64,000 nucleotides of DNA from Diadema antillarum (Eukaryota). Made by a program: the position numbers and the translations under genes. The stretch spans positions 2,852,001-2,916,000 of the forward strand of contig NW_027271020.1 of the NCBI RefSeq assembly GCF_040938485.1, given 5' to 3'. Positions 24,276-35,885 of this stretch are shown one piece after another; positions within the stretch are counted from its first letter, which is position 1, and each line of letters begins with the position of its first letter. Under the pieces are notes generated by a model. That model did no database searches, had not been told where the DNA came from, and was given only the letters and a program-made list of their open reading frames with translations.

Positions 24276-25653
24276 GTAATTAGAATTCACCGCCAAGATC
24301 CATCAACTCGCAGACAATTGGCTATAGCCATTCAGTATTTGCTTTGTGAGGTTAAAACTACAGTTTAATGGCCTGTTGTACGAGTCTCCTCTCTCTTCCC
24401 GTGTCTTCTAGCGCGTGATACAATTTAGAATGTAAAACAATGCAACGAACCATGCTCATGAGAAATGAACAGGCGATTTGAAGGAACCTATATACCCATT
24501 CACTAGATCAGATTGATTCACAATCAGTTTGGATTTTTAATCATCAATCAGTGCTGGTAATAATCTAACCAAGAGATGATAAACCCCTCGGTTCATTGTG
24601 CGTACCTTTTCAATGTAAGAAAAAAAAGATTACAGCAGAACGGTCATAGATCGAGGGCGAAAAGGAAAGCCTGAAAAAATACATTAACTGAAAATGGGAA
24701 TCGAATGACAGTATATCTGTCAAAATATCTTCTACATATCGGGACAACGAGATTCACTTGTATTATGCATTTTATACGGCTAAATCCCGCTATAATGAAA
24801 CAGAAGGGACCGGATAAGAATTCTCTCGTTTTAACGAAATCTCTGATGGTTCAAACTCTGTCAAACGGACGAAGTAAATACGTTAGAGGACACAATGACA
24901 GTTTTCCTGGATAAAAAATTCGTTCTAACGAAAGCTCATTGTATCCGTGCTTGTTGTAGCGGTGTATCATGAAGTAAATGCTTATTTTGCCTGTGATCCC
25001 TCTGAACAACAGATCGGTCCCAACACCTGAATTTGTATCGACGTTACGTCGGTACTTGACCAAAGAAGACTATAGCCTCGAGTAAAACAGGAATTTAAAA
25101 AAATCACTAAAATACATTGCTAAAAGATTCCATAACGAATTTCCCGCAGGATAAACAAAAAATAGAAACCGAGGCGATTGAGGAGACGTCTATGGAAGAT
25201 TTTGTTTACAGTGTCACACGCAAGACACTACACATGATCATACCCCAAAAAGCCAAGCTCTGATAAGCAAAGGCCGAAATTCAGATTGTAGTCTGTATTT
25301 CTAAGTCCACCCATATTATTCTTGTTGACGCGTGAACTAACATAAAGCCATTTGTTTTGTTTTGTGTCTTTTCTTTTCGTTTTCAGTTCTGTTGATGATC
25401 ACAGCGATAAATCGCTTTACTTACCATAATTATTTTTTAATGCATACCTGATGTTCGACGATCAGGTTGTTTGTGACAATTAGAAGATCATTGCCCACCC
25501 GAGCTGATCTGATCCTATCCGATTTGGCAACAACTAATTTTGGCAAGCTGAATTCCAGGTGTTGAAATGTTTTGAATATGAACATGTGGATTTCTCTCGA
25601 TAAAACATACATAACATTTAATGTATTTGGGATATTTTCGCTGCCTTCTGCAG

Positions 25654-25884
25654 GTGAAAAACCGCGCTGCCATGGGCGATGCTGCGGGCGCCCAGCGTGC
25701 CTCCCACGAAGCCCATCGATACTCCATGATCGGTCTGGGGATCGGTATCGGGAGCTGGGTGATTGGCATTATCCTCATCATCGTCTACGTGGTGGTCATC
25801 GCCAGCGCCGTGGCCAGCGCGGGGAGTGAAATTTCCGACCAGGTTGATACCTGGAACGACTTTAACAGCTTCAATAATAATTGA
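25654..25884 (+). CDS. CD225/dispanin gene, last coding exon (second hydrophobic segment, stop)
   Basis: CTTCTGCAG| acceptor. VKNRAAMGDAAGAQRASHEAHRYSMIGLGIGIGSWVIGIILIIVYVVVIASA...NNN* is the classic CD225 V...GD..GA..AS..A pattern plus a TM helix. The full model is 588 nt, or 195 aa, with the 7918 exon. Confidence 0.92.
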   Translation: MKNRAAMGDAAGAQRASHEAHRYSMIGLGIGIGSWVIGIILIIVYVVVIASAVASAGSEISDQVDTWNDFNSFNNN

Positions 25885-27087
25885 GCTCAGTCGATGAATA
25901 CTTTCTTTCGACTGGTCGTATGAGTTGCGTCCTTTCGATGATGCATTTATTCATCAGCGTGGCTAGGACCAAGACCATGCAGTAATGATATGAAATACCT
26001 TAACTTTATATAGCATTAATGTGTCTTTTCTATTTGGTTCTTTTTTGAGGAGCAACTGGGAGTTGACATTTCTTTTTGTTTGCTTGTTTATTTGTGTAAC
26101 GGAGGAGGACCACAGAAACACAATTTGGTCGTTTTCTGTGTATTCTCGTTAATCTTACTGATCTATGAGGGTCAGTGAACAAAAGACAACAAAAACAATA
26201 CTGATATGGTAGGTTTGTAAGATTTGGTCCTTTTCCCGAATAATGATCACGTGACACACCTCCCCCAGCCTCTCAAAAAGACAGTAGAATTCAAAAGAGA
26301 TTAAATCTTCCACTATACGTTCCCTGTTCATCGTTAAAACATCCAGTCAAATCCTCTCAGTGACTCAACCCGTCTCAGTCCCTTTTGTTGTCATTCAAGC
26401 CTTCTTTTTAACCAATTTGAATAATTATCTCACAAAAGGATAAAAATCTGAAGCGCCCTCTCAACCAAATGTATGCCATGCCTGTACAGTCGTTATGCTT
26501 CTAGTGCTGCAGTTCTTTCGATAGGAAACGAGGCATAAAAATAGTTTGACTTTTATTTTGTTGTTGTTGTTGTTATACTCTTCAGTTTTGCATGTGTTAA
26601 TGTTTGTGCAGTAGTTTCTATGAATTATAAGTTTGTGACCATTGTGTAAGCATTTATCTGCATTCTTTTCTCGAGTGCGAAAAACACTATAAAGATACTG
26701 TAATCTGTGATCATGGTACTTATTTCTGTTTGCGTAGTCATGCATACATTGTGTGTTGTAAGAAATAACTTATAATCACGTCAGTACTCGCCTGATATTT
26801 TGCTGGTAATCACAGCCTTTGTTAGTCGTAGTCGCGATTTGCACAGCAGTGTACTTCTGTGATATGAGTAATTGTTTTGGATTCAATGTCATAGTTTCCG
26901 AAATGTTTCGAGGCTTATTTTTGTTTTGCTTTTGTGTGTGTGTGTGTGTGTGTCGAATGTTTTCTAACCTTTAAATTGAAGAGATATTGTAAGTAGTGCT
27001 ATTCCTGACAATAACCAAAGTGTATAGTCACATAGTGGCAACTTCGTTATACTAGTACAGTGTATTCGTTTATGTTCAAGTTTCTTT

Positions 27088-27093
27088 AATAAA
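27088..27093 (+). terminator. Candidate polyadenylation signal of the dispanin gene
   Basis: AATAAA about 1.2 kb after the stop, following a U-rich UTR-like stretch; not unique evidence. Confidence 0.3.
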
Positions 27094-27407
27094 TACACAC
27101 ACGAAGTCGGGTTGTTTCCCCGTCACGTTCTCGTGCACCTTTGTAAATGGTGTTGGTCCTTGTACCGAGAATTATTTTGTGGTGGGGGTTGTCAGCGGTT
27201 AATCCTACAACATGATGTTTTTCCGACTTCACAGTTATCTCTACATGCGTTTTGCAAAGTTCTGCGCAGATACAATGTATCTGGTATAGCAGCAGTTAAG
27301 TCTTTACATGTACTTTGAAATCACGGAAACACAAGTATACACCCATAGTAGACACATCATTCTGTTCAAGAGCCAATTTCAGTACATGATCATAGATCAT
27401 AATAGCA

Positions 27408-27442
<35 letters not shown>

Positions 27443-27493
27443 CTTACTCACGGACTTGAGTTCAAATTGCAGCAAATTGTCTTTTACTAAGCT

Positions 27494-27526
<33 letters not shown>

Positions 27527-28249
27527 TACATATACAGTAGAATGTGTTTGTTTCTGCGTGTGCGCGTGTTTTTAACGGGGATGGAATGTTATACATTGCA
27601 CCTTTACGTGTCACACCTATGAATAAAATGGATTTGCCCTGGCCCCTTCTCAAATTCGTTCTGTAGATACTCAAGAAATCAAGGAAAAAAATGATGAAAA
27701 ATCGGTTGCTTGAGTAAGGTTTGTTGTTTTTGCAGTTGAAAGGAATACATGTACATGTATTTGCTCTTAAAAGATGCACTAAACATTAATGTCTGAAGTC
27801 TTCATGCTGATTGTAGATGATTGAGATGGACTATACATATATTTTGTTTATGTCGGGCCCTATAAGTTAACTAAATGCGTGTATGATGCTGTTGAAAACT
27901 TCTGAGTGAAAAAAAAAACCAAAACACGTAGTCAGCTTGAGCAGGAAAAGAAACAAGCAACATCAAAAATCCCCTTTGCAGATATGATGACTAATTTGAA
28001 ATAAGTTGATTTAGCCTACTTGGAGACGGACCAGGAAAGACCGTGAATGTTTTGTGTATTTTCTGTTTTGTTGTTTGTTTGTTTGCATTTTGTTTTTGTG
28101 GTGTTTTCCTCTGGATGTAGGCCCTGTAAAGGTGTGAGACCTTCAGAGCAGACTGTACAACGGACGATCGATAGAGGGCGGGCGTAACAGGCAGAGAAAA
28201 GTCAGTTTGATGATGCTCAGCTGCGTCAGGTACACCAACCAGTCCGCAG

Positions 28250-28284
<35 letters not shown>

Positions 28285-30172
28285 CAAGCAAGCAGACAAA
28301 CAAACAAACCAAAACAACCCCAGGTATACTTTCTTTCATTTTTATATCAATATTGTTACATGTATTCACTGCCATTTAACTCATCGCATTGTCATGATTA
28401 TGTACATAAATTATGAAGGTTACAATATTGTGATTGAATAATAAAATCTATCTGATTCATCAAATAACGTTGTTAACCCTTTAACCCTCTGGTTTTAATC
28501 TTAACTGGCCAAGATGTTTCATCAGCATTCAATAATCCATTAAAACTTGTTTTGTTTTATTGCAAAAATATTTCGTCGCAAAATGATCTAAGCGCCATTT
28601 TTAAACATTTCAAAGTAAGTTCATCATCAGATAGATCAGATACAATTAAACCTTTCCAGTAATACCTCACTTAATTGTGACATAACAAGGAATATTCTAG
28701 AAATTATGATTAAAGATATCCTGTATTTTCTTGTTATTTACTTTGTTTTTAGCAGCTTTAATCACAAATATCTCAACTTAACAGGAATGGAGGTAGCTCG
28801 TTTTGCGATAGAACTCTTCACTTGCAGATTTAATAACTAGCCCATTCGGACCTAGCATTGGCCCTCAATCTACCACAATCATCAAGGTGCACAGAGGTGG
28901 AGATTAGGGATTTTAGGTAACCTCTGTTCATAAACAAAAATAGCTTCATTATATCTGTGCCAATTGTCGTAGAAAACACTTTCGTGTATACTTGCTATTA
29001 AAGTGAACAAAGCACAGTATGGGTTAAGCAAAAAAAGGTAACAGATACATGACATTGTATTCTCATTTATGACGCTATTTCAACAAACATTGTGGAAGCT
29101 CAAGAGCATCATAATAATATTATTTGGTGATGAAGAGGTAACGTGGGGATTTTGAGTGAATAGAAATATATGAAATGAAAAGCACACTGAAGATATTTAG
29201 TTCAAACATAAGAATTGACCCTAATCCATTAAGGTAAGTTAAATATAATTAGATTAAGTCTGAGGAATGAAATAAGAAATAGGCGGACCATACACATACC
29301 CGTGTCAGTGTGCGTTTAGTATCGAATGTCAGTTGACTACGTAATTATTTACGTCATACGTTCTCACCCAGTTGAAACTTGCACATCCCGAATCGATTGG
29401 CTGCTGTTTAAAACTACTTTCGCGAATTCAAACCATTGTGCCCATCAGTTAAAAAGACACGAAATCCGTCCCTTCTGCCAATGCTTAGTCACTTACACAT
29501 GGACTTAGCTCGAGCAAACAATCTTATATCTAAGTCATAGAATGACTTGCAATTGCTCGATCAGGATATTGGCATCAAGGGGCGTGGTGAAATCGTCATA
29601 AAATATTAGTATACAGGTTGCAGGTTGTCTAAACAATAATGAAATGACTCAGATGTAACTTGCATTAATCATAATCCCCATTTGCAACACGTGAAAAATG
29701 ACGGTAATCACTGATTAAACCATGGACCTACAGATAAAACAAACATATTATCTATCATATTTGCTCAAAATATTGGATAATGGTAATGATCTCTTGCTGT
29801 GTTCAAGGGGCTTTACGTTTTGATGCCTTCAGGATAATACCCGGCCTGTTTCAGAAAAAAAGAGAAGACTATGATATTACATATGATTATATATGTTAAA
29901 GGATAAAGCGGTCACTATGTTCTTTGGTAAAAGCTTATTACAACTTGTTTTCTTTGTGTTCTTTGTTTTCTTGTATTTCTAATCATTTCAGTTTCTTTGA
30001 CAACATCACAGAAAGATTAACAGCAATTCTTTTGTTATTCAAAATGTTTGTGAGTGTTCAGAAAATAATGTCACACGATTTGTGTGGTTTGTATAGGAAA
30101 TACGGAAAGCGACGTACTGGTCAAACATCTCGATATAGGCCTACATAGCGTAATAGCATCCAAGTGCTTATC

Positions 30173-30346
30173 CAGTGGCGGATCCAGAGGGGGGCGCAAC
30201 CGGCGCACGCCCCCCCCCCCCTTTATTTTTCGTAAAAAACAAAAGAAATAAAAAGAAAAACAATGAAATGAAACCCGGAAGTGGCACCAGAAATATTAGT
30301 CACGCCCCCCCCCCCCCCCTTTACAGAATTCCTGGATCCGCCCCTG
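30173..30346. mobile_element. Short GC-rich MITE (CAGTGGCGGATCCAG-type ends)
   Basis: TIR CAGTGGCGGATCCAG / CTGGATCCGCCCCTG with internal poly-C tracts; TTATC directly repeated on both flanks. Confidence 0.8.
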
Positions 30347-30366
30347 TTATCATGGTATAATGTAGC

Positions 30367-30610
30367 ATTCACGTACAAGTCTCACATGTACATCGAGATA
30401 ATAACCAGCATGCAGATATACGTTGAAAATAAATAATAAAACATGGTGATAATTATTATGATTATATTATAACAATGGAAAACAGACGAACATTTCATTC
30501 ACAGTCTCACATATCAAGATAAATACCAACATGCAGTTACACGTTGAAAATGAATAGTTAAGTATGATGATATGATTATAACAATAAAACACAAACAAAC
30601 ATTTCATTCA
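30367..30610. repeat. Degenerate two-copy tandem duplication (~120 bp unit)
   Basis: Both units share AGTCTCACAT...GATAA...CATGCAG...ACGTTGAAAAT...AACATTTCATTCA. Confidence 0.6.
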
Positions 30611-31243
30611 TAATATGGGGAATCAGTCCTGAAATGTTGTTGTTGGTATTGTGGTATTTTTATTGGGGGGGGGGGGGCGGTACATAAAGCTAAGTTCGTT
30701 TTCACTTGTTAAGCATAACGTTTACTGATTTAGACATTATTTTCGAGGAAGGTTTGATAGAGACCCATGAAATTTGTATTCTGTCTGGAGTTAGTCTGTT
30801 AGTACCATATCATGGCTTTTCTTTCTTTCATTCTTTCTTTCTCGAAGTAACTTGAACTGAACTAACGACTGACAATCAGCTTCTTCGGGTGTGGCGCTTT
30901 TAATCATTTGTATTCATGAAGCACAGCTTCAGATCCAGTTTTCTGATACATAAGAATTTGGAGGTTACGCTTCGACTGAATGAGTAATAATCTGCATGAC
31001 AATATGCCACAGTATGACAGTTATGTAATACATATAAAACACACCGTTATATATCAGGGGTGCAGTAAGAACAACGATGACCTGCAATTATTGTCACGAA
31101 TATTTTATTTTTTTTTTTTTACTATAGTAGACACTGTGCCTATCTAAACATGACTTGCACAGTGCAATTCAGATTGTTTTGGACATCAGCCGTGTTACAA
31201 AGGAGGATCACAGCCTCTATAGGTATCACGAACATATTTCAGA

Positions 31244-31279
<36 letters not shown>

Positions 31280-31425
31280 CACACACACATTCATTCCAGG
31301 CTCTGCAAACATCTTCTACCATCATATAACGATGTCGCAATAATATTCACAGCAAGTGAATTGCATTTTACTTGTATCTGCGGCAGCAGCATGTGTGATA
31401 ACATACAAACGGTTAAATACAATGT

Positions 31426-32808
31426 TCAGTCGATATGGCTTCTTTCTTCTTGTGATATTTCTTCTTTGGGATCTTGTTCACCGAGGTCAGATCTGCTCTC
31501 ACTCCCTTTATCTCTTTCTTTTGTTTCCAGCCACCACTTTCGCAATGTAATCCCAACCAAGCTACCCACAATCAGAAAGGCCCCCATGACGGTAATGTAG
31601 TTAGGAACAATTCCGAAAATGGCATACTCCAGGATGAACGTGAAAAAGACGTCGTTTGTTCTAATCAATGATACAGTGGTCGGCCTTTCATTGTTGATGG
31701 CAAGCGTTATCGTGACCTGTGTCAAGAACCGAATCGCACCGTTCGCGATCAGTATGATGCGGTCCCTCCCGCAACGTGGTATCACCCACTCGTGGAGAGC
31801 TGTGGCGATGCAACCGGCAGCTATGGTCGAAATGAAAGAGTAGATCGTCAGCAGTGTAAGAGGGTGTACTCTGTAGTTGCCGATCTTTTTCAACATGATG
31901 AATATCATTCCAGAGAGGCAAGCGCAAATCAAACTCGCAATCGGCCCGAAGATCGAGGAGGAAGTCTCCTCGCCGCCGAAGATGAACGTCGGTTGGATGA
32001 CGAGAAGGACGCCCGATAGTGTCACGCATGAGAACAAAACATCGAGGACAGTGCACGCTTCGTTGAGGATGATACAGCTGAAGAATCCGGTGAAGACAGG
32101 GGAACTGTACATGATGGCTTTGGCGTTCCCCACCGGCATCACTTGGTAGGCATAGTACGATAGCATCACTGCAGCCGACCCGGCGATGGATCGCAATATA
32201 ATCACCAGGAATGCCTTCCTCGTCATACGGAAAGAAACGTTCTGAAAGGTGCCCGCGGACAGTGAACACAACAATATGATAAATGACGACACACAAGCAA
32301 CCTCATTGGATCCAACGGATCCCGAAAGAAGTGCTACACACATGCTACCGAAGGACAACATGAGAGTCGAAATCATTGCATAAATGATGCCTTTAAAGTT
32401 ACCATTCGAACAAGAAGGTCTCGGATCATTTTCCTTTGATGCAGTACTTGATGGAATGTCTTTTTCCGCTGAAGCCGTGGTGTCATCTCTTCTCTTATGT
32501 AATCCCTCGACCGAACTAGCAGACGATACTGATGACGTCACCTTGTCATTGACGTTTGTTTCTCTGTCCTCATCAAAAAGGACCTCGCAGCCAAAATTGT
32601 CCATTCCAAGGCTTTCATCTCGAACGAACAAATTCGCCGAGGCGACCTCAACAGAAGGAGGTTTAACCAGCTTTTGTCTATCAGACGTAGGGGAAGGTTG
32701 CAGCGACGACACACAACAGGTTCCCTGAAGCGAGCTCCGGTCATTGTCTGCGTACTCTAGGGCAGAATCCATGTTCTCTTGGATGGTTTCTTGCTCGATC
32801 GGCAACAT
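31426..32808 (-). CDS. SLC35G1: SLC35G1-like EamA/DMT transporter, paralog 1 (460 aa from ATG 32808; possibly extended by a 16-nt upstream exon at 34113-34098)
   Basis: Long uninterrupted ORF with about 10 hydrophobic segments and the motifs YAYQVMPVGNAKAIMYSSPVFT, QPTFIFGG, EWVIPRCGRDRIIL and LRKWW, close to recalled human SLC35G1 (YAYQTM..SSPVFT, EWSLPYCGLDRLFL, IRKWY). An acceptor at 32841/32840 is open to the ATG; ATGACGCGACAGCGAG|GTAAAG at 34113-34098 fits its phase. Confidence 0.92.
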   Translation of the reverse strand: MLPIEQETIQENMDSALEYADNDRSSLQGTCCVSSLQPSPTSDRQKLVKPPSVEVASANLFVRDESLGMDNFGCEVLFDEDRETNVNDKVTSSVSSASSVEGLHKRRDDTTASAEKDIPSSTASKENDPRPSCSNGNFKGIIYAMISTLMLSFGSMCVALLSGSVGSNEVACVSSFIILLCSLSAGTFQNVSFRMTRKAFLVIILRSIAGSAAVMLSYYAYQVMPVGNAKAIMYSSPVFTGFFSCIILNEACTVLDVLFSCVTLSGVLLVIQPTFIFGGEETSSSIFGPIASLICACLSGMIFIMLKKIGNYRVHPLTLLTIYSFISTIAAGCIATALHEWVIPRCGRDRIILIANGAIRFLTQVTITLAINNERPTTVSLIRTNDVFFTFILEYAIFGIVPNYITVMGAFLIVGSLVGITLRKWWLETKERDKGSESRSDLGEQDPKEEISQEERSHID

Positions 32809-34774
32809 GTCACTTTCGATGGTTGGTGCTATTCTCGTCCCTGAGGATTATAAGAGAGATTGTGATTTTGGCAGTGATTGATAATCAATCAAAAGAAATA
32901 GAAACATAGAAAAAAATGAGAAAATAGAATACATAGTTCTGGTTATCTAGCAATGAATTCATCAACAAACTCTTTGTTTTCCGACACCAAATTGTGAACC
33001 TTGTAACTCGGATACTATAATTATCTTTGCTGTAATGTTACTTCATTGATAGTTGTGAGAGCGTGTGTGTGCGACAGGTATCACATGCAAGCTTATACCA
33101 TACAATGAAATATCAAAGAGTGACGTTTGTATACACTGTTCGATATTACACAGATTATAGCATCTCCTGCATCGTAAACATGAGTGATAGGGTTGGGATC
33201 ATTTTCTGTATGTTAATTTCAGTTCTTTATGCATTGATAGAGATAATGATTTCGCAACATGTAGAATTTTAATGGAATTTTGTCTGATTCACATCAAATA
33301 CATAGATATTCTATGCCTGATTCCAATAAAATACTAGTACCCGTGTAAGAAGTACTTAAGCCAGTACACTAACAGTCTGAGCAGGAAAGAGTCAAATACA
33401 ATATTGTGTATCCGACTCAGGATAATGTATATTCCTATACACGAAAACACGAGGTAGCATGAATTTGAAAGCCAGTATAACCCCCATTTAGGAAACACTG
33501 GGTTGGTAGTATGCGAAAAGCTAAATGTAAATTGAAATTTTTCAGTTTACAAGGTTGGTACACATGAAGATTAAACTATTCTATCAAATCTGGTTATTAA
33601 ACCCTCTTGAAATTTGTAAATTAAAGTCATGGCGGGCATTTTCAAAGTATTATTGTGGCAATAGTGTACAGTGTGACTTCATTTATTTAGTAACATGAAT
33701 GTCTAAACAAGGCAAGTAAAATACTTATACAAAACGTTGCATTTTTCTTTCCGAGAAAGAACAATTATCTGATTTTCACTGTTACCGGTAAAATGCGAGA
33801 CGAATTTGTACTTGCCTATACTTGATCTATATGGCGCTTTTTACTGCGTTTACACTGCCCATCGAGTCTAAAATTTTGATCATTAAATTCAAACCAAATC
33901 GGCTATCTGCCTCTAACTTGTGCCGTCGTCATCATCCTAACTCGATAAGATGACAGTTTTCAACTGTAATCAATGGGGCTGGGCATTGAAATGGACTTAT
34001 GATAAGTATGTAAACATGAAACAGTATACTTGACATGCTTGACTACTATAAAAATTATGTACGCTCACATATCATCATGTGAGCGTACATTCTTTACCTC
34101 GCTGTCGCGTCATAAATTCCACAAGTTTTGAAACACTATTCAAATGGTCTTTAGATAATTATGTATAAGCCATAGCTGTATAGCCATTATACTCTTTGCG
34201 ACACAGCTGACATAATGATTCTATACTTTCTATGGATAGGCAGAGAATTATAAGAATAAAGAAACCAAAAATAAACTATAGTAAGCACGATGGTTAAGTA
34301 TCTTTAGAGTACATAGATACTTCTTACACCGGGACGATCATGCCGTTGTTCAGAACATTTTGTCAACGAAGTTGGATCCCTGTCACATCAAAATGTGCGC
34401 TTCTCGCATACAAGGTACGTGCATTGCCATGACAGCCGACATCTAGGTTTACACACTCATTCCCTTCAAACTTAATAATGAAATCATTGTTCCCGTAGGC
34501 ACGCAGAACTGTCGATTATTGCTCCAAAAATGTACACGCATACATAAGGAATGTGTGAGATAACGCTGTAACAGGGATGCAGATAGGTAAAGAAAAATGC
34601 GAAATAATAGCCAAAAAGGTTCGGAGGAATACCATGATCTCAGAACTTACCCGATCGTTGTTGCTAAGTAATTTTTCATAATCGCATATCGATAATTGGC
34701 AAATCGGGCCAGAACAGCATTCACGATCTTCAGAGTGGTTCATATGTAGCTTGATGGAAAATACTATTTGTTAA

Positions 34775-35579
34775 AATCTGCCCAACTGATGTAGGGTGAT
34801 GAGTTTTTTATTAGGTTGGGCAACTTAAATTGCCCATCAACTGTTGACCAATCAGACTTTACCCAACTTTGCAATTTCCCAACTGTTGGTTATATTTTGA
34901 GTTGGGTAATCATTTGCCCAACCAATTTTACCCAATTAGATATTGTTGACAAAATTAATTTTGTGTTGAATTATTTGATGTATGGGTGTTTACCAGAACA
35001 TTTGTATGTCAAGACATTGTTCATAACTAACCTATCATAATCCTACAGCTAGTCGTGAAGCTTATACCTACAAATACATCTGGGCTTAGACTACATCCTT
35101 GACCTAGTTACTACCAGGAATATTTCATTCACGTAATTATATAGGGCCATTTAGTTGTAATGCTTTAAGACATACACATACACGCACAGACTTTTTTACT
35201 TGTCCATGAAAATTTACTAACTTAGAAAGGAACGTAACAAAATTACCCAAGTACTGGTAAGAAATACCCAGGCTTAATGTGCAAAATAATGTTGGTAAAT
35301 CATATAAGACGAATTTCTACTTAAGTATTAGTTGCCCAACAAAAATTACCCAACACGCAAAGGGAATGCGTCACTTACACAGCGGGACAAAAAGTACCCA
35401 ACTCTCCATTACCAATTCTGTTGGTAAATATTCGCCCAATATTTAAGTAAGGATAATTGCCCAATGTTGGTTTAATCACCTAAAAGCTCAATTGGGCGAT
35501 AATTGCCCAGAATGCTGATTTTTTTTTTTTACCAATCAACAATTATACCCAACTAAATTTACCCAATATTTTAAGAGTG
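34775..35579. mobile_element. One-ended CACTC-type (CMC-like) element with TTRCCCAA subterminal repeats
   Basis: Right end ...ACCCAATATTTTAAGAGTG (inverse CACTCTTAAAATATTGGGT) and roughly 18 TTRCCCAA/TTGGGYAA motifs in two clusters; no matching left end found. Confidence 0.55.
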
Positions 35580-35885
35580 TACCCACGATGATAAATGAAA
35601 GTCGTATGCATACGATCAAGATAATTCTACACGCTTGATCTCAAAACACTCCAAAACAACTCATTAATCCTGGCAAATCGCGTCAGCCGGGTAAGTTTCT
35701 TGGTAGATACTTTTGATGTATTGCAAGCGAATTTCAAACGGTGGAAAATGAATTTTGAGCCTTTTTGTGAACTATGTTTTATCTCCAAGCGTGGTGATCC
35801 AAGGGTGATGACAGTATCCTCATGGAAATAATCTCAGAACAAAAAACCCTTTTCGTACCCAACAGCATCGCTCATGGAAGAGCTT

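Noticed and set aside
23309-25829. Alternative-frame ORFs over the dispanin exons (e.g. 23346-23684, 23309-23542, 24044-24274, 25515-25829)
   Set aside because: Shadows of the GC-rich exons; only the spliced frame gives a CD225 domain.
31619-32744. Overlapping ORFs on + and in alternative - frames within the SLC35G genes (also 36256-37392, 46859-48083, 61199-62366)
   Set aside because: Shadow ORFs caused by GC3-rich coding sequence on the opposite strand or frame; no recognisable protein features.
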